Source of the DNA: Vicugna vicugna
Lineage: Eukaryota
Direction of reading: 5' to 3'
DNA length: 64,000 bases
NCBI GenBank assembly: GCA_013265495.1
Contig: MU058781.1
Location: 9,095,009-9,159,008, forward strand
Shown: positions 39,570 through 53,800 of the stretch, in pieces
How the letters are laid out: each line of letters starts with the position of its first letter
Numbering within the stretch: position 1 is the first letter of the stretch
The notes under the pieces: generated by a model
Told to the model about the DNA's origin: nothing
Seen by the model: only the letters and a program-made list of their open reading frames with translations
Database searches by the model: none
Position numbers and translations under genes: made by a program

Positions 39570-39745
39570 TTTGAGTGGCCCGTGACGTATATGGCAGCCT
39601 GGCAGAGGCCCTTCTTCGTGAATTACTCAATGACAACGCCTCCCTGAGGAAGGTGGAATGCTCCCTGTTTTATAGATGAGAAAATAGAGGCTCAAAAGAC
39701 CAGACGACTTACCTGGGGTCACATGACTAGTGGCCACTGGAGACT
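39570..39745 (-). mobile_element. MIR
   Basis: cctgttttatagatgagaaaatagaggctca...ggtcacatgactag. Confidence 0.65.
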
Positions 39746-40751
39746 GGCCAAAATCCCATGAAGTGAGCTGGTGGGAATATCACATGTCTTGGCTAGTGAT
39801 GCCCAAACCTTGGTATTCCGTGGGCTGCTCACCGTCTTCTGTTACCTTTATGCTCCTGTTCCCCTGAGCACCTTGCTCTCGCCCTGGGCCCCTGTGTCTC
39901 CTGGGCTTCCAAGGCCTTAGCTGCTTACCCAAGCCCGGAATAGACTCAGAACAAATACACACTTGGCCTACAGGCAAATCTGGAGACCAGGAGTTGAGAT
40001 GAGTGCGGCTGAGGGGCCAGTCAGTGGTCCGGTCCCTCAGAGGCCTTCACGCTTCCTGGCTTTCCCTGTCCAGGCAGAAGCAGGCTGACGGGGGGCGGGA
40101 GCAGTGCTGCCCCCGCTGGCAGACGCTGGGGTGTGTGGGGCCAGGCTGGCCCTGGCTTCATTTAGACCTCAGGCTTTCCATGTTGCAAAAGGACAGCCCG
40201 TGAGAGATACATAACGCTCGTTTTACTCTCTTCTGGAATCGTTAGTGTGAGTTGTTCCTGACTCTGGTCGGGAGTGCCCACCCCCAGGGGTGGTCTCTTA
40301 GGGTCTGCAGCCCTCTGCTCCTCCATCCAGGGTAATGCCTTCAAGGTTTACTCCCTGGCTGTCTCCATCAGCAGCAGAGGCTTTGTGCTTCAGCACAAGA
40401 GATGTCAGGAGACATCGTTCATTGTCAGGACGAGCGGTGTGGAAGATGCGTGGACTGGCTGGACTGTCGCACAGGCAGAGTTTGAGGCAGTGAGCCTGGT
40501 ACTCCTTGGAATGGCCTTTTGTGTGGCCCTGATTTTGTTACCTGGAAAGTCAACTGGATCTTGCTGCCAGGGTTGAGGAGTTTGCGCCTCAAATGAGAGT
40601 TTTTCAGAAAGGGCTTGTTGGGATGTGCCAGTGGGCAGAGACCTGGGGTCTTACTCACCTTGGAAGAGCACGCACTGTGACTGCATGTGTGGCTGTTTGC
40701 TGGTACGTGTTTGCCGAATCAGTCTGAGATTTACCTCCACTGTAACATATA

Positions 40752-40753
<2 letters not shown>

Positions 40754-40786
<33 letters not shown>

Positions 40787-40808
40787 TGTCTGTCTGTCTG
40801 TCTGTCTG
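40754..40808. repeat. Compound microsatellite (GT)n(GTCT)n
   Basis: Directly visible in the sequence. Confidence 0.95.
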
Positions 40809-40825
40809 CCCGCCCTTATCCTACC

Positions 40826-41025
40826 GGTGGGCTGGAATTGCATGCACTGGCCCTTACGCCCTCGAAAGACGTTTGTGTACACGTCACTTCTCAACTCCAT
40901 GTCCGATGACGTCGGACAGATGTCAGAGTGGCTAAAAATCTCCCATGAAAATGAGCAAAAACCACCAATCAGGGCTTTTTTTTTTTCCGCTGGGAAAGCT
41001 GATTGTTAAACATTTCCCACCACCG
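40826..41025 (-). mobile_element. MER63-family hAT element
   Basis: Reverse strand reads aaatgtttaacaatcagct...aaaaaagccctgatt...gacgtca..ggagttgagaag. Confidence 0.6.
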
Positions 41026-42449
41026 CGTCTTACCTCCGGAGGCTAGTTGAGAGTGACCAAATTGGTTTTGGAGACTTTGCAATATCACTAAAATAAATCA
41101 ACCTGCTTACCTCTGTTTTTAATCCATAATGATGCCCAAGAAAGGTTTTAATTTGTCTTATAAGAATCCTGGGTTTTATATATATATATACATACATACA
41201 TACTTACAAACCAGGCTTAAAAATAGTAAAGGAGCACATGCTTTTTATGAAATACTTAAGACAATACAGAGAAGTGAAAAAAAAAAAAGCTGGAAAATAT
41301 CACCCTTAGTTCTACCACCCAAAGATAGTAATTTTTTTCAGAGATTATAATTGAAAAAAAAATAGAAATTTAGAAAGTTAAATTGTTTGACCAAGCTTTC
41401 CTTTTAAGAGAGAAAGCTGGAAAAAGGGAAGCACTCCTTGATTTTTGTTGAAATGACCGTTATTCTTCATGGAAAGGTTAATTTTCAGTCTTTCACGATC
41501 ACTGAAGTGAGTCACAATTCCAAAAAGAAAACGTGAGTTTCCACAACCTTAGAACAAGGTTTCAGTTGGCCCCTCCCCTTGTGTTGGATTTCAGTGTCCA
41601 AAAAGTTTTGTTACTGTCTGACTTCAGTGTGTTAGCAGGAGTTTCAGGGGTTATGAAATAATAAGATCATCTGTCCCCCGAATGCTCACAGTGTGCTGCA
41701 TCTGAGCTCCCTGAGAAACTGTCCTCAGCAAGGAGTTCAGTCTCTGGCATCTCTTGGCATCATTGAAAAATGAAGGCCCCTTCCAGTTGCACAATGAGAA
41801 AGTCAGCAGTAACTGTGGTGAATTCAGGGATCCACAAAGTGTGACCGTCAGGGCCTGGCTGGGCTCAGAAGCACACATCAGAGCACGTTAACCGAGATGT
41901 GTTTGCTTTGGAACTAAGACTGTTTAAGAAATAAGTCGAGGATCCAAGTGTAATAAAAGATGAGGGGACAAGACTCTCCTTCTTTTTAAACAACACTTGT
42001 GACTTGTTACCCGCCCCCCATCCTGGTACTGTCACACTGCAGTTTGAGTTGAACACACAGCATCTGGCACTGATTAGGTCGTATTAGTACATCTGGCTGG
42101 CTAACCTTACAGCCTAATAGGGTACCACCATCATCCTTGTCCTGAAAGCTCCCGCACGTGAGCTCACCCCTGATGGCTTGTTTAAAGTCACGCTTGTGAC
42201 TATTCCAGACCTTTAAGACAAGTGTGATTTTTCTACTCCAGAACTTTAAGATAAGTTCATAGCAAAAGCTATGCTGAGAGAATGCTGAAAGCTGTTGGAA
42301 ATATACAGAACTCAGAATTGAGGTCCTTGTCATCGTGGTGTTTGCCCTCTGATGGGGGATGTGGGGTAGGCATCAATTCATAGGTCCAGCAGAACCCAAA
42401 TCACAGAGCAGGGGTCATAAAACCCTTGGCTACAAATGCTTCCTTTCAC

Positions 42450-42666
42450 CAAGAGTGAACCTAAGGGAAACTATGAACTCTGGATAATGACGGTGTGTTA
42501 ATGTAGGTTCATCAGTTGTAACAAATGTAGCCCTCTGGTGAGCAATGTTGATGGTGGGGAAATCTGTGCGTATGTGGGGAAGAGCATATATGGGAACTCT
42601 CTGTACTTTCTGCTCAATTTTGTTGTGAACTGCTCTAAAATATAAAGTCTATTAAAAAAAAAAAAA
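42450..42666 (+). mobile_element. L1MC-like 3'UTR end with poly-A
   Basis: aagagtgaacc...gtaggttcatcagttgtaacaaatgta...ggaactctctgtactttctgctcaattt...taaagtctattaaaaaaa. Confidence 0.88.
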
Positions 42667-45600
42667 GCTTCCATGTTCGAAGAGTGGGAAGAGTCCACTG
42701 CCAGAGCTAGGGCATTTCTGGTGGACACCACAAAAGCCAGACTCTGAGTATGTGTTCAGGGATGCTCTGGACCCCGAGTCTTTAGAAATAAGTTTATAGA
42801 AAGGAAAGAAAGGGAAAGAAACTCATTTGAAAGTCTTTGTTTCCAATAAACCATCAACCATTGATTTGTAAAAGTTTTCAATTAAAAGTGATGAGAGAGA
42901 GAGAGAGATGCTGCATTTTCATCATGGTTCCTTTGAGAACATTGTTTTTGGGAGCTTTAATTTTTTTCTTTTCAGTGTAGTACAATAGAGAGGAGGCGTG
43001 AAGGTAGAGCAAAGGAGGCAGTCAAAGGTCAAGAGATCTGCAGCGTGACTCCTTCCTGCAAGTCCACAAATCTCCAGTAAAACCTGTCAAGAAAAAAATC
43101 ATAAAATGCCTGCCTCAAAGTAATCGGAGAACAAGCTAAGTTTTGTGTTCTGAGCGTCTTTGGGTGTAAAGGGACAACTCCCGAGAGTGAAGGCAAGAGA
43201 GAAGCGTGTAAGAGAATATGATTGTCAGAAAAATAATTTTATTAGCACTGGTCTCTTAGCTATGGTGATGATCAATTTGAGGAATATTGTTACAGCCAGA
43301 AAGATCCCTCTGGTGGATATATTATACCCCAAACCGAGGGATTGCTGACCTCAACACCAAAAACAGATGGTGGTTTCTAAACTAGGTTAATAATAGAATC
43401 CAGAGTTATCACACAGAAGAACTTCAACTGCTAACCCAGTTTAATCTGAAATGATGCTCAGAAGGTATAATAGTGGCAGACAGGATCGCTCCAGTCAGAT
43501 GGGAAAGTACTCACAACCTATTAATCTTGGAAGATTATTATAGAAACAGAGAAATCACCTGGGGATTGACTGTCTATGTTAGGAGATAGATTGAACCATG
43601 CTGGGAGGAAGTCAGGACATCTGTTAAGTACTTTGAACTTGGCCAGAAAATCACATATCTCTTCTTGGTGACTGACTTCTCCGAGACAGCTTTGATAGGT
43701 CTCATTGCTTTTCAACTTACTCAGAATCAGACAAGAAAGAAGGTGGTAAGATTTTAGTATGAAGCTCAAAGATGCTTTTGGGAGAAACATTATACATGTG
43801 TTAACTTTCTCTTCTGCTGGATGTGGAGCAGATCTGGAACATCTTTGTGTTGGATCCGTGGAGCCTGGGAAGGATAATGGGGAAATGCAGGTATTTCAAG
43901 GGGCGGATAATTGATCCACACACATTCAGGGCCTCTGATGTGGTGGCGCCGTTGAGGGGTGCGGCTTAGTAGGAGATGACAGCGCCGTGATCCCTGTTGA
44001 TAAGCTGGGCACTGGGGGAGTGAAGGTGACATTGGGGCCACTTGACTTTGAAGGGATGATGTAGACCTAGGGAGAAGTAGCAATATGACTCCCACAGACT
44101 AAGGATCAGATTGCTCCAAATACAGACTCAGTTGGTGTGGAGAGGAATTGATTATTGAATTTGGATTAAAGCACAACTCAGTGATTCTAGTGTATAACCA
44201 AAGCTGGGAACCATTGCTTAGCTGAATCTACGTTTGGGTTCTACGTAGGGTTTATCTGATGCTTTTATTGTATTGACTTCTATTGAGTTGACCTTGTATT
44301 GACGCTCAAGTCCGCCTGGGTTCTCCCCTTTCATAATTATTTGTCTTGTCTCCCAACCTGTTGCCTACTCGGCCTCTGAAACTTGAATTCTCCTATGCAG
44401 TCTTCTTGAATATGGCTTTCCCAGCAGAAAAGCCCAGTCATGTCTCAAGAGGCATTTTAGTGGAACCTTTGCTTTTCGAGACCAGGACATGATTTTCTGG
44501 TCCCATCTTCAGTCTCTGGCTGTGAGACATTAAAAAAGAGAACCTGTAGCCAAGGGTGCTCCTGATATCGTAATCCCAAGGTTATAGCGACATGTCCTTA
44601 AGGGTCTTAACCATCGTCATGGCTCCTTGAGTTCAAGACCCAAGAGCCAGAAGGTATGTGTGTGGCTTCCAAAGCTCTCCTGCTCGGAGCCAGCACTCTG
44701 ATTATAGAACTTTATAGACCAGAGAACGAGTGGATAAACAGGGTGATCAGAACTCACACTCTGCTTTAGTAAAACGTCCTCCCACATGAGGCAGTTTTTT
44801 GTTTCTGAAATGTCCAGCCTCTGCGGTGGGCCTCCTGAGTGTTGTTTAGACTTCATCATTTCACTACTGAGGGAACGAGGAAGGACCGTGGGCGCTGTCT
44901 GGACTTCAGGTCAAGGTGAAACTCATAACCCTTCACGGGGCCTCACAGTTACCTCCCCTCCCACTTTGTTTCTGTTATCCTGAGGCGTGAGCTTTCTAAT
45001 GACAGTTAACGAAAAAAAAGAGAGAGCGAGAACTTCCCACATCTCAACAGCTTTGGTTAAAACCTCCAGGAGTCCCGGTCCCTTGCAAGTGAGAGGTTAA
45101 AAAAAAAAAAAAAGTTTAGGCATTGTGAGCTCTTCCTTTGAAATTCTCATTTGCCTTTGAACATACTCTTCTGCCTTAAAGAGGAAAGTCACCTGTACGC
45201 CCCACAGCCCACACTGGCTGGGAGAGGTTTTCAGTTCTACAAAGCTCACTTGGTGTCTCATAGGCTTATTTCTTTTTTCTTGAGTATTTCTGTGACGTAG
45301 AGTGTTGGTTTTCCTGAGCTCAGCTTCTGTGATCTGACACACCACCCCTAGGTTATCAATCTGAAACATAGCTTTAAAACCTGCATAGATTTGGTGGTAT
45401 TTGGAAAAACAAAAGCAAAAACAAAAACCCGACTCCCGTATAGACTTATAAGTGAAATTATCCTCAGAAGGTATTGAATCTTACATTTGCTAAGTTAGAC
45501 AGAAATATTGTCTAAAGCAACTTTATTCATTAAATTACTCTTTGTTCATTTTGTGAAGGACGCATACAATTTAACAGAAATTTTCTAGGCTTGTCCTCCT

Positions 45601-47280
45601 TTGTAGTTACGGGTAGTGGGGCTAATTTTTCAAGAAGCTGGAATGGGGACTGAAAGTAAAATATGGGTTTAGGCTGCCTCGTGAGAGTCAGTGAAATCAA
45701 TAGAAAACGCTTGGATTTGCATTCTTAGCAGTGGAACTAAGGAGGTGTGGACACACATACATTCCCCAGTAATGAAACTTCAGGATGTGCTCCTTAATGG
45801 AAGATAATCAACTGCAATGCAAATTTAATGAACTCTGTTTTTGAAAGGCAAACCAAATCCAATATCCCATGGAAAATTAACCTAGTCCATAATCTAATTT
45901 GAAGCTTTAAGCTGTGAGAACAACCCACGGCACTGGCCAAACCTGCCTCTTCCGATGCCTGCAGGAGGTGGCCGCCCTTCTCAGGTTTACTGCCTGTTCC
46001 TGCATGTTACACTGTTGGCTAAATGCTGCCACTCTTAATCCTTAACAGGGGTGCTCTCAAACTTACAGTACCCACACATGAAACGTTAGCCTCCATAAGA
46101 CTGTTTGGGAAAAAAATTCATCTGAGCGAATAGTAAAAAAAAAAAAAAGGAAGGAAGTTTCCGTTTCAGCCAAACTCAGTTCCAGTTTAATGCAAGCGTC
46201 CATCCCTCCACAGAACAGCCCCCCTTCCTCCCTCAGTCAAGAGTTGGGGAGCTTTTCTTACTTTCCTTGAACCACAGAGAATCTGCCCTGGCCCCTCTGT
46301 CTCAGAAAATGGGCTACTTGCCCTTCTTTCAAAGTGAAACTCCCTTCCCTGATTCGGTGGCCCTTTATCCTTCAAAGTCCCCGGAGGAGGCCACCTGCAG
46401 CGCACTCCTCTTTCCAGTGTAAAGCTACTTCCTGTGATGACAGGTGCTCCCCTCCCAGCACGCCTTTTCAGGAGTGGCCGACAGGCCGTGGGTCCAACAT
46501 GTTTTCCTGGCTCCTTTGATGAAGCATCCCGGTGCCAGGTGGAGCAGGCAGTGGAGCATGTAGGTCTGGAATGTAGGCGAGCACGCAGCTAGAGTCCTGG
46601 GTTTTGATCATTCCCAGGGAGCTATTAGTTGACATCATAGCGGAGGGTAAGATTGTCAGCCGAGGAGATGGAAAATGGAAACAAAATTCCACAGCACCCT
46701 GAATCATCTAGAAGATGTGGACAAGCTCCATGGGGCCCGGTGTCCTGCATGTGAGGGAGAGAAGGGGAAAAAGAGAGAGGATAGTGTAGCAATTGGGAAG
46801 GCAGACCATGTAGAGAATTCTTAACGGTGCAGAAAAAGGATGTGATGCAATTTTGTGCAGCTTTTCTAAGTTAATGAGGAATACAGGTTATTAAGCCTTT
46901 TGAAGAGTATTTTGGAGGCAAACAGAGCCTTCTGTAGAAGTTAATTTATAAAGATTTAGAGACTTGGTACTGAACAGCTATACTTAGAGTAAATGTATAT
47001 GGGAGAAAGAGACTTAGCAATAACAGCCAGGAGAAAATAAGGGGCTGCAGTAGCGTGGTTGGTGTGATTGTGGTTCACAAACCACACATGGTATATACAG
47101 TGAGATCTGGACTTGAGATGAGGAGAGACTGTTTCTGAAGCCACATTTATGTTAAGTGTTCTTCCCTCCCCGCCCCCTATTTCCTTATCAGAGAATGAAT
47201 GGGAGACACGCGTTAAAACCCACCTTGTAAACTTTATAGTTCATTTTGTTTAACTAATCATGCACACTGTAAATGGAATC

Positions 47281-47412
47281 TGGGTTGCCAGACTCAGCAC
47301 ATAGAAATATGGGGTGCCTAGTTGAATTTGAATTTCAGATAAACAATGCATAATCATTCTAGTGTATATCTGTCCTGTGTATTATCTGATCTGTAGTTTA
47401 TAGGACAACCCT
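47281..47412. mobile_element. Internally deleted MER53
   Basis: gggttgccaga...aatttgaatttcagataaacaa...caaccct. Confidence 0.7.
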
Positions 47413-50400
47413 CATTTGAATCTAATTCCCATTAGAGCGTCCCATTCAGCATTCTCAACACAACCTACTGCTTTCCTCATAGGAACCCAAGTTAAAGGCC
47501 CTCTTGGCCTTGCTGTGGCCCTCCAGACGGCTGGGCATCCTCAGGCAGCCCCACTGCATGCTGGTTCTCCAGCTTCGCTATAAAATCTCCATTCCCTTGT
47601 ACACAGGTGCTTGAAGAAACACTCCAGATTCTTGCCTCCCAAACCTGCTGGGCCCTTAATGTGGTTTTCATTGTTGACCCTTTCTTCTAGTTTTTTTTCC
47701 TCTTCCATCTATCCACTCCCCTACCACTTGGCTTTTCAGATGGTCTCTTGCTTTCCAAGACACCCTCCCCTCATCTGTAGGTGTCCTTTGCTTCACATCC
47801 CCAGGCAGCCAGCCTTGCCCACCGCCGAGTGGTAGCTGATTTTGCAGGTTGTGGCCAAGATAGCGCTCTGTTCCCCACTTACACCAATTAGCAAGACCAA
47901 CAGATCTGATGGAGCCTCCCCAACTATTCAAGCCAAGAATTTCATGCTGCCCGTGGCCACGATGAGGAGGGAAGTACCTCTTACAGAGCACTGTCTCTTT
48001 AAGGCTCAGTTCTGCAAGGTTTCCCCAGTGATAGCTGCTCAGACAGGCCCTGGGGGAGTGAGGGGCCAGTTCTCAGCAATCACGTGCTGAAGGCAGAGGC
48101 ACATCTGAGAGTGTTTTTACACTATTTTATTTTATTATGCTAGGATTTGGAGGAGAAGGGCATGGCACAGTTTTCTTAGGAACTCCAGACCTAAGCTCAA
48201 AGCCCCCCTCCAAAGAACCCTTTCATATTTATTCACCCTGAAATAAAAAGATTTTAATTTGAGCTGACAATCTCGACATTTCATTAGCACTGAAATCAAG
48301 TAAAATCAATTCATGTCTCCAGGATTGCTTGTTACAGAGAAGAAATTTTAAACATGTGTAACCGAATAGTGGCAGATGTCACCCAAAGCTTATGCAGAGA
48401 AGATGCCTTTCTTTGCGATGGATGGACTTACTCCACGGATCGCCCCGAAACTGCCCTCCCTGGTTACCTCTGTGGGGTTATGTCACTGTTTCTTGTGACC
48501 TAGAGTCATAAGAGTTCTGGTCTTGGTCCTCTGAGGCATTTTTACCCCGCTCAGGCTGGCTGTGACAAATGCTGTGTTTTTTTTCAAGCAGACATTTCTT
48601 CTACCAGAGTTCTGCTCAGAGTCATCTACCAGTTCGGTACCTGGGTCTAGCTTCTACGACGGCCCAGGCTGGGTTAGATCTGTGCAGGTTTGGGGCCAGC
48701 CCCGGGAACCACTCCTAGCTAGTTCAGACATTACTCACCTGAGCTAATGCCATTCCTGCCACTTTTCATGGAAACAGCTCAGCCTTATCTGGCAACATCT
48801 GAAATGACTCTCTCTTTCTCTCTCCCCTCTGAGCGTGAACGCTGTCGGAGATTTCTTTTACTTCATGTGACTGCCCCGTAAACGTCATGAGCGTCATGAC
48901 TGCATTTATCCATGTGGACAAATGACTTTTGTCATCTTTGGGGCTGAAGCCAAACAAGGCCCTTCTCAGAAACACAGACTTCTGCCACCCTTCATTCGTT
49001 CTAGCTCACAGCTGTTTTTACAGCAGCTCTAGAGTGTGGAATTTTGGGAAGCGGCCAAATGGTTTGGGTGTGTCTGTGCAGATTCAAAGATCTCTGGGGG
49101 AGTAGGGAAAGCAACAAAAGAAAACAATTTTCCTTCCCTTGGTTTCTAAGCCTTTCTGTCCATCTGCATAGTGCATGTGTGTGTGTGTGCGTGTCCTGGG
49201 CTAAGTTGTCTTAGACTGTAGGAGGAGTAGACCGTATTTTCATATTCTCTGTAATCTTGGGTTTCATTTCCTCTCATGCTCTTTATTCTACTGCCAAATC
49301 ACTGACCTGTCTAACCTTTGCTGCAAGGATAAACTCTGACCTTCATGGAAATTCCACCATCTCAGGAAAGGAAAACTTTAGCTCCAGCCAGGCCTCGAAT
49401 CTTGCAATGAAGGGAAGCTGAAATGAGGTTTTTATTGGAATGAGGCACTGTCAAAGGGTTTACTCAAAATGAGCATCTTAAAGAATTGCTTTTGTTAAAA
49501 AATTGTCTCCAGCATTATTTTTTTTAAATGCATTTCTATGGATGGTTCCTGGTATTAGACTGAAAAAAAAAAAGTACAGTAATAACAAATTCAATGTTTT
49601 CTCATAGTGTATATACAGACCACAAATTCAAATCCTAAAGTTTTATAATAATGACTCTAGTTCTTAAATGTCACTAATATGAAAAGCTACTTCATGAATC
49701 ATTTAGTCTTTCTCTTCCCTGTCTTCCCATGTTCCTTCACAGTTCTGAAGGGCATTTTCAGTCACTAAATATACTGTGATATTGCTTTCCCAAACTTTTA
49801 ATTCCATGGACTATAGAGGGTTTATTAAAATGGGCATGATTCCCAGTACTGTAGAAAAAGTGTTCTTTGGGGGGGGCAGTATCAAGACATACTATTACAC
49901 TTATTTGTCTAAGTGTTATTTGATCTCCAGAAAGAATTTACTGTTGGTCTGAGGTCAAAGAGTCTTTAGCCAAGATGAAAGCTGAAACAGAAGACTGCAG
50001 TGGTTAGGTTCAGACCCTGGTACAGTTGTCTGTTGTGGGTGCTGGGACCGTGGAACTGTCCTGTGGAAGAGCAGGATGGGGCCATCCTTCCAGATCCAAA
50101 GTCTGAGGGCTTCCAGAACATGGAGTAGACGTCACTGTTAGTAGGCTGTTAAAAATCAGGGTCGACAGGTAAAATACTATTGGCCTGAGTCCCTTAGCCC
50201 CCACACTCTTATTGGCATTTCATGACCCCTCTTCTGTCCATCAAAAGCAGGACAAACAATGAAACAGGTATCTGCATTGAGCACCTATTATGTGCTGTGA
50301 GATGTTTCCGGAGAGAAAGGCCAGGGTTCTTGCCTTGCCACCGGGCCTCACCCGTGAGCTAAGCCACTTTGACATGAACCCGAGCCTGGCAGGATGCGTT

Positions 50401-50449
50401 TACCTTCCAGCTGAGTCGTTGGTGATACTTACACTCTAGGACACGACAT

Positions 50450-50575
50450 CCCCATCATCACCGTCTCCCGAGGAGCTTGTTAGAAATGCGGATCACTTGC
50501 ACTTCACCCCTGAGATTCTAGTTTACTGAGTAAGATACGGGGCCCAGAGATCTGCATTTTCATGAGCACCTGTGG
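50450..50575. mobile_element. MER5 fragment
   Basis: gagcttgttagaaatgc...gagattct...ggggcccagagatctgcatttt. Confidence 0.65.
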
Positions 50576-50715
50576 TTTCTGGGTATAAACCAATCAAAGC
50601 TGTCCTCATTTATACCAGTCTTCATCTGTTAAAGAGAAATTTTAGGCACGAGAGATAGGCTCCAGCTAAAAAGATTTGCTCAGAAACAATGGACTGAAAG
50701 ATAGCCTTGAGGATT

Positions 50716-50872
50716 AATATATATACATACATATGTATCTATAGATATATATATATTTATATACACATCTTATATAGTAACTCAATATACTATTTATACT
50801 TTATATACTAAATATATGTATTTAATTTCATGTACCTTATTTTTTAAAATTATTTTATATATATATATATAT
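50716..50872. repeat. AT-rich / (TA)n low-complexity tract
   Basis: Directly visible in the sequence. Confidence 0.85.
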
Positions 50873-53800
50873 GGTATTTATAGACACGGTTTTATTTAAG
50901 GCCGGAAAGTATTAATGTTCCTTAGTAAAGAGAATTATTTTTGTACCATATGAGAATTATTTTTGGGAAAAAAAAATCCAGCAGGGGGCTTTTCGCAAAC
51001 TCCTTAGGCTGGATTCTAAAAATCACTCAGATCTTTTGTGACATTTTCCGTGGCAGAAAGTCTCCGTGTTGTGTGCACGTAAGTAAATTGTGTGTAAGGA
51101 ACATGTAGAAGCTGTATGTATCTGAGGGAGGGGAGAAGGAGCAGAGCTCTGTACAGAGTTAATTTTGGCCATTTGTTTCTCCAACTGCATAAAGTACAGT
51201 TATTATAACTGAACGTGGGAGGAAGTTAAACCCCCTGAATGAGGGGTGTCACCTTCTTGACACCGACAGCTCATTTCAAAAGCTCAGTGGCAGACCTATT
51301 TTCAGAATTTCTAAACTGCCATAGATTTGAGGTGCCAGTTAGAGGAGATAGAATCTATTAATAGACTCAGGTGATGTGACCCAAAGGCTGTGTGGCTTTA
51401 GCTTTATAAATAAAATCACTGGTTTTCAAAATGTCTCCCCACCCCACCCCACCATCTATCTCCAGCCTCCCACACCCCTACTGATAGGTCATGAATTTCC
51501 ATAATTGAGGACGGTGGCTTCTGCTAAAATAAATAAATAAATAAATAAATCCCTGAGCTTATGGGCTGAAATGCAAGCTAAGCACATGAAACAGACCTCA
51601 ACCCTTGCTCCCTAATAGTCTTATTCTGTGGGTCTGGGGGAGGCAGGCAATTGCCTTTTAATAAGCATCCAGGGCTTTCTGATGGGATGGATGTTTGGAC
51701 TACAGCTGGGGCCAGTCTACATTAAAGTGTGTGTGGCTGAAGGCAGATCCCATCTCCAGAGGAAGAGGGAGCCTGGGCATGCACTTCAAGGGAAGTGCAG
51801 GGAGGATGCCAGCTCGGGCACACGTCACCTCCTTCCCGCTTTCTCCGGATTAGCTCTTAATAATCATCTGTACAGACAGATGCTTAAAGCATAGAAACAA
51901 ATGACCAAGACTAGGAAAGCTCTTCACCTTCTCAAGGACGTTGTGTGTAAGATCGTATGATGGGACTGAGTTTTACTGGAGGAGGAGGGTTTGAAGCCTC
52001 TAAGTTTGGAAGTGGGTGAGTGGATACCAGCAGCGTTTGGTCTGCGGAGCAGACGGGGCACCGAGAATGATCTGGAGAACGTTCCCCTGCACACCCTCCC
52101 AGGACAGCTGAGGACACACACCCTCTCTCGTCCAATCTTCATCCCTCCTCCACGCTCAGCTGGAGTTCTGAGGGTACAGATGCTTCACTGTGAGAAGACT
52201 GTGATTGGATTCGGGACCAGGAGCTGGGGAAGTTAGCCAGCGTGACTGCGGGCATGAGGTTGATCTTTGATCGGGCTTTCCAGGGGCAGCAGGGGCCTCG
52301 GAAAGACTGCGCGCACGGAAATGGGGATGATCCCGGCTCAGAGGGACAGGCCTCCCTGGCCAAGGTGAAGATGCCCGGAGGAGCGGAAGCTGAATGATCT
52401 TGAGTAAGGAGCCATCTGGGCAGAGATGCAGGGCCTTCTGCCTCGCAGACTGAGGCTGGTCTGGCCAACAAGCCCATTAGATTCCCACCCGTATTTCCCG
52501 GGTGCCCGATACGATCTGAAACATCGGCAGTAGTAAAAGCTACTCTTGGACACTTGCTCCAAGCCGGTGCTTACGCGTCACACATTAGCTCATTTAAGCC
52601 TCACAACAATCATGTGGGGCAGGGACTTCTCTGAAGATCAGGCGGAAAGAAAGATGGCAGAGCCCCCATTACGCCCCGCGTCGCTATCTGCAGGCACTGG
52701 GCTTTGATGCTCTTAGGCTGTTACCGGGCGTGTGTGGGGTTCACAGTGAGGTCCGTGCCGTCCAGGAGGTAGTAGCTGCAGAGCCGTCACAGAGAGGACT
52801 GAACATGGAGGTAAAACCCTCAGAAGGTTTACAGAAGGCATACCTTCCGGGTGCTCACGTGAGGCGGATAGCCGGTGCTCCACACCACCTCCCCTACACA
52901 GCCTATAATTACCAAGTCACTTGCACTGGGGCCTAAAACCTTTCCTTTGCCAAGGATTGTTTAAACATCCTTTGTGCAGAGCGCACCCATTAGTGGAGAC
53001 TTGATTGGAAAGCCCCCGTGGAAGCACCACGTCTCAAGTTCCATTTACAGTCATTTTTCCTCCTCCTTTTAAGCACCAAATGCTGTCTTTGGCACTTTGC
53101 AGATTGGACAGAAGGTCTGCCTTCAGGGGTATAGAGTGAAAGCCATCATTTTCTGCCCTACTTAGCGCTATGGCTAATTTTCATCTTCTGTTTATAAAAT
53201 TATTAGCACTAGTGATGTAGGGAGCAGCTTCTGGGGTGGTGTTCTGTTGAAATTTCAGCTTGGGAGCTTGGAAGGAAAAATCAGATCAAAGTGCAGTCAT
53301 ACAAGGAAATGTAAATATTAGGGGAGCGGCCTGGAGAGGCTGGTGACGCGCCAGTCCCTCTGACAGGAGATTTCCATGGAGAACTGTATTTTCATGACCG
53401 GTTCACATGTAAATAGTCAATGGAATGGATCATTCTGGCAAAAATGAGTTCAGAAAATCTGCTTGATAATATTCATTCAACCTGCTTGGCTTTCCTGCCG
53501 CTGTCAGTACTTTGCAGCATAAGCCAGTGCCCATAAGCCACACGGAAGGTGGGAAGCCCAGGAGGGGAGTCTTCCCAGCATCAGCCTCCTCTGCGGCATG
53601 GAGAGACAGGTCCATCGGGTCTGCTGGAATGGCTTTGAGCCCTGGCGATGACGATGGACCATGAGGTGGCGCTGGGAGAGAGCCCTGCCTCCTTCCCTGA
53701 CTCCTGCTGAGCCCAGAGTAAGTGACACTAGCACACCTAAGGGTTAACGTGGCATCACTGTTGCAAGGCAGAGGCAGGGCTGATGTGAATTATTTCTCCT

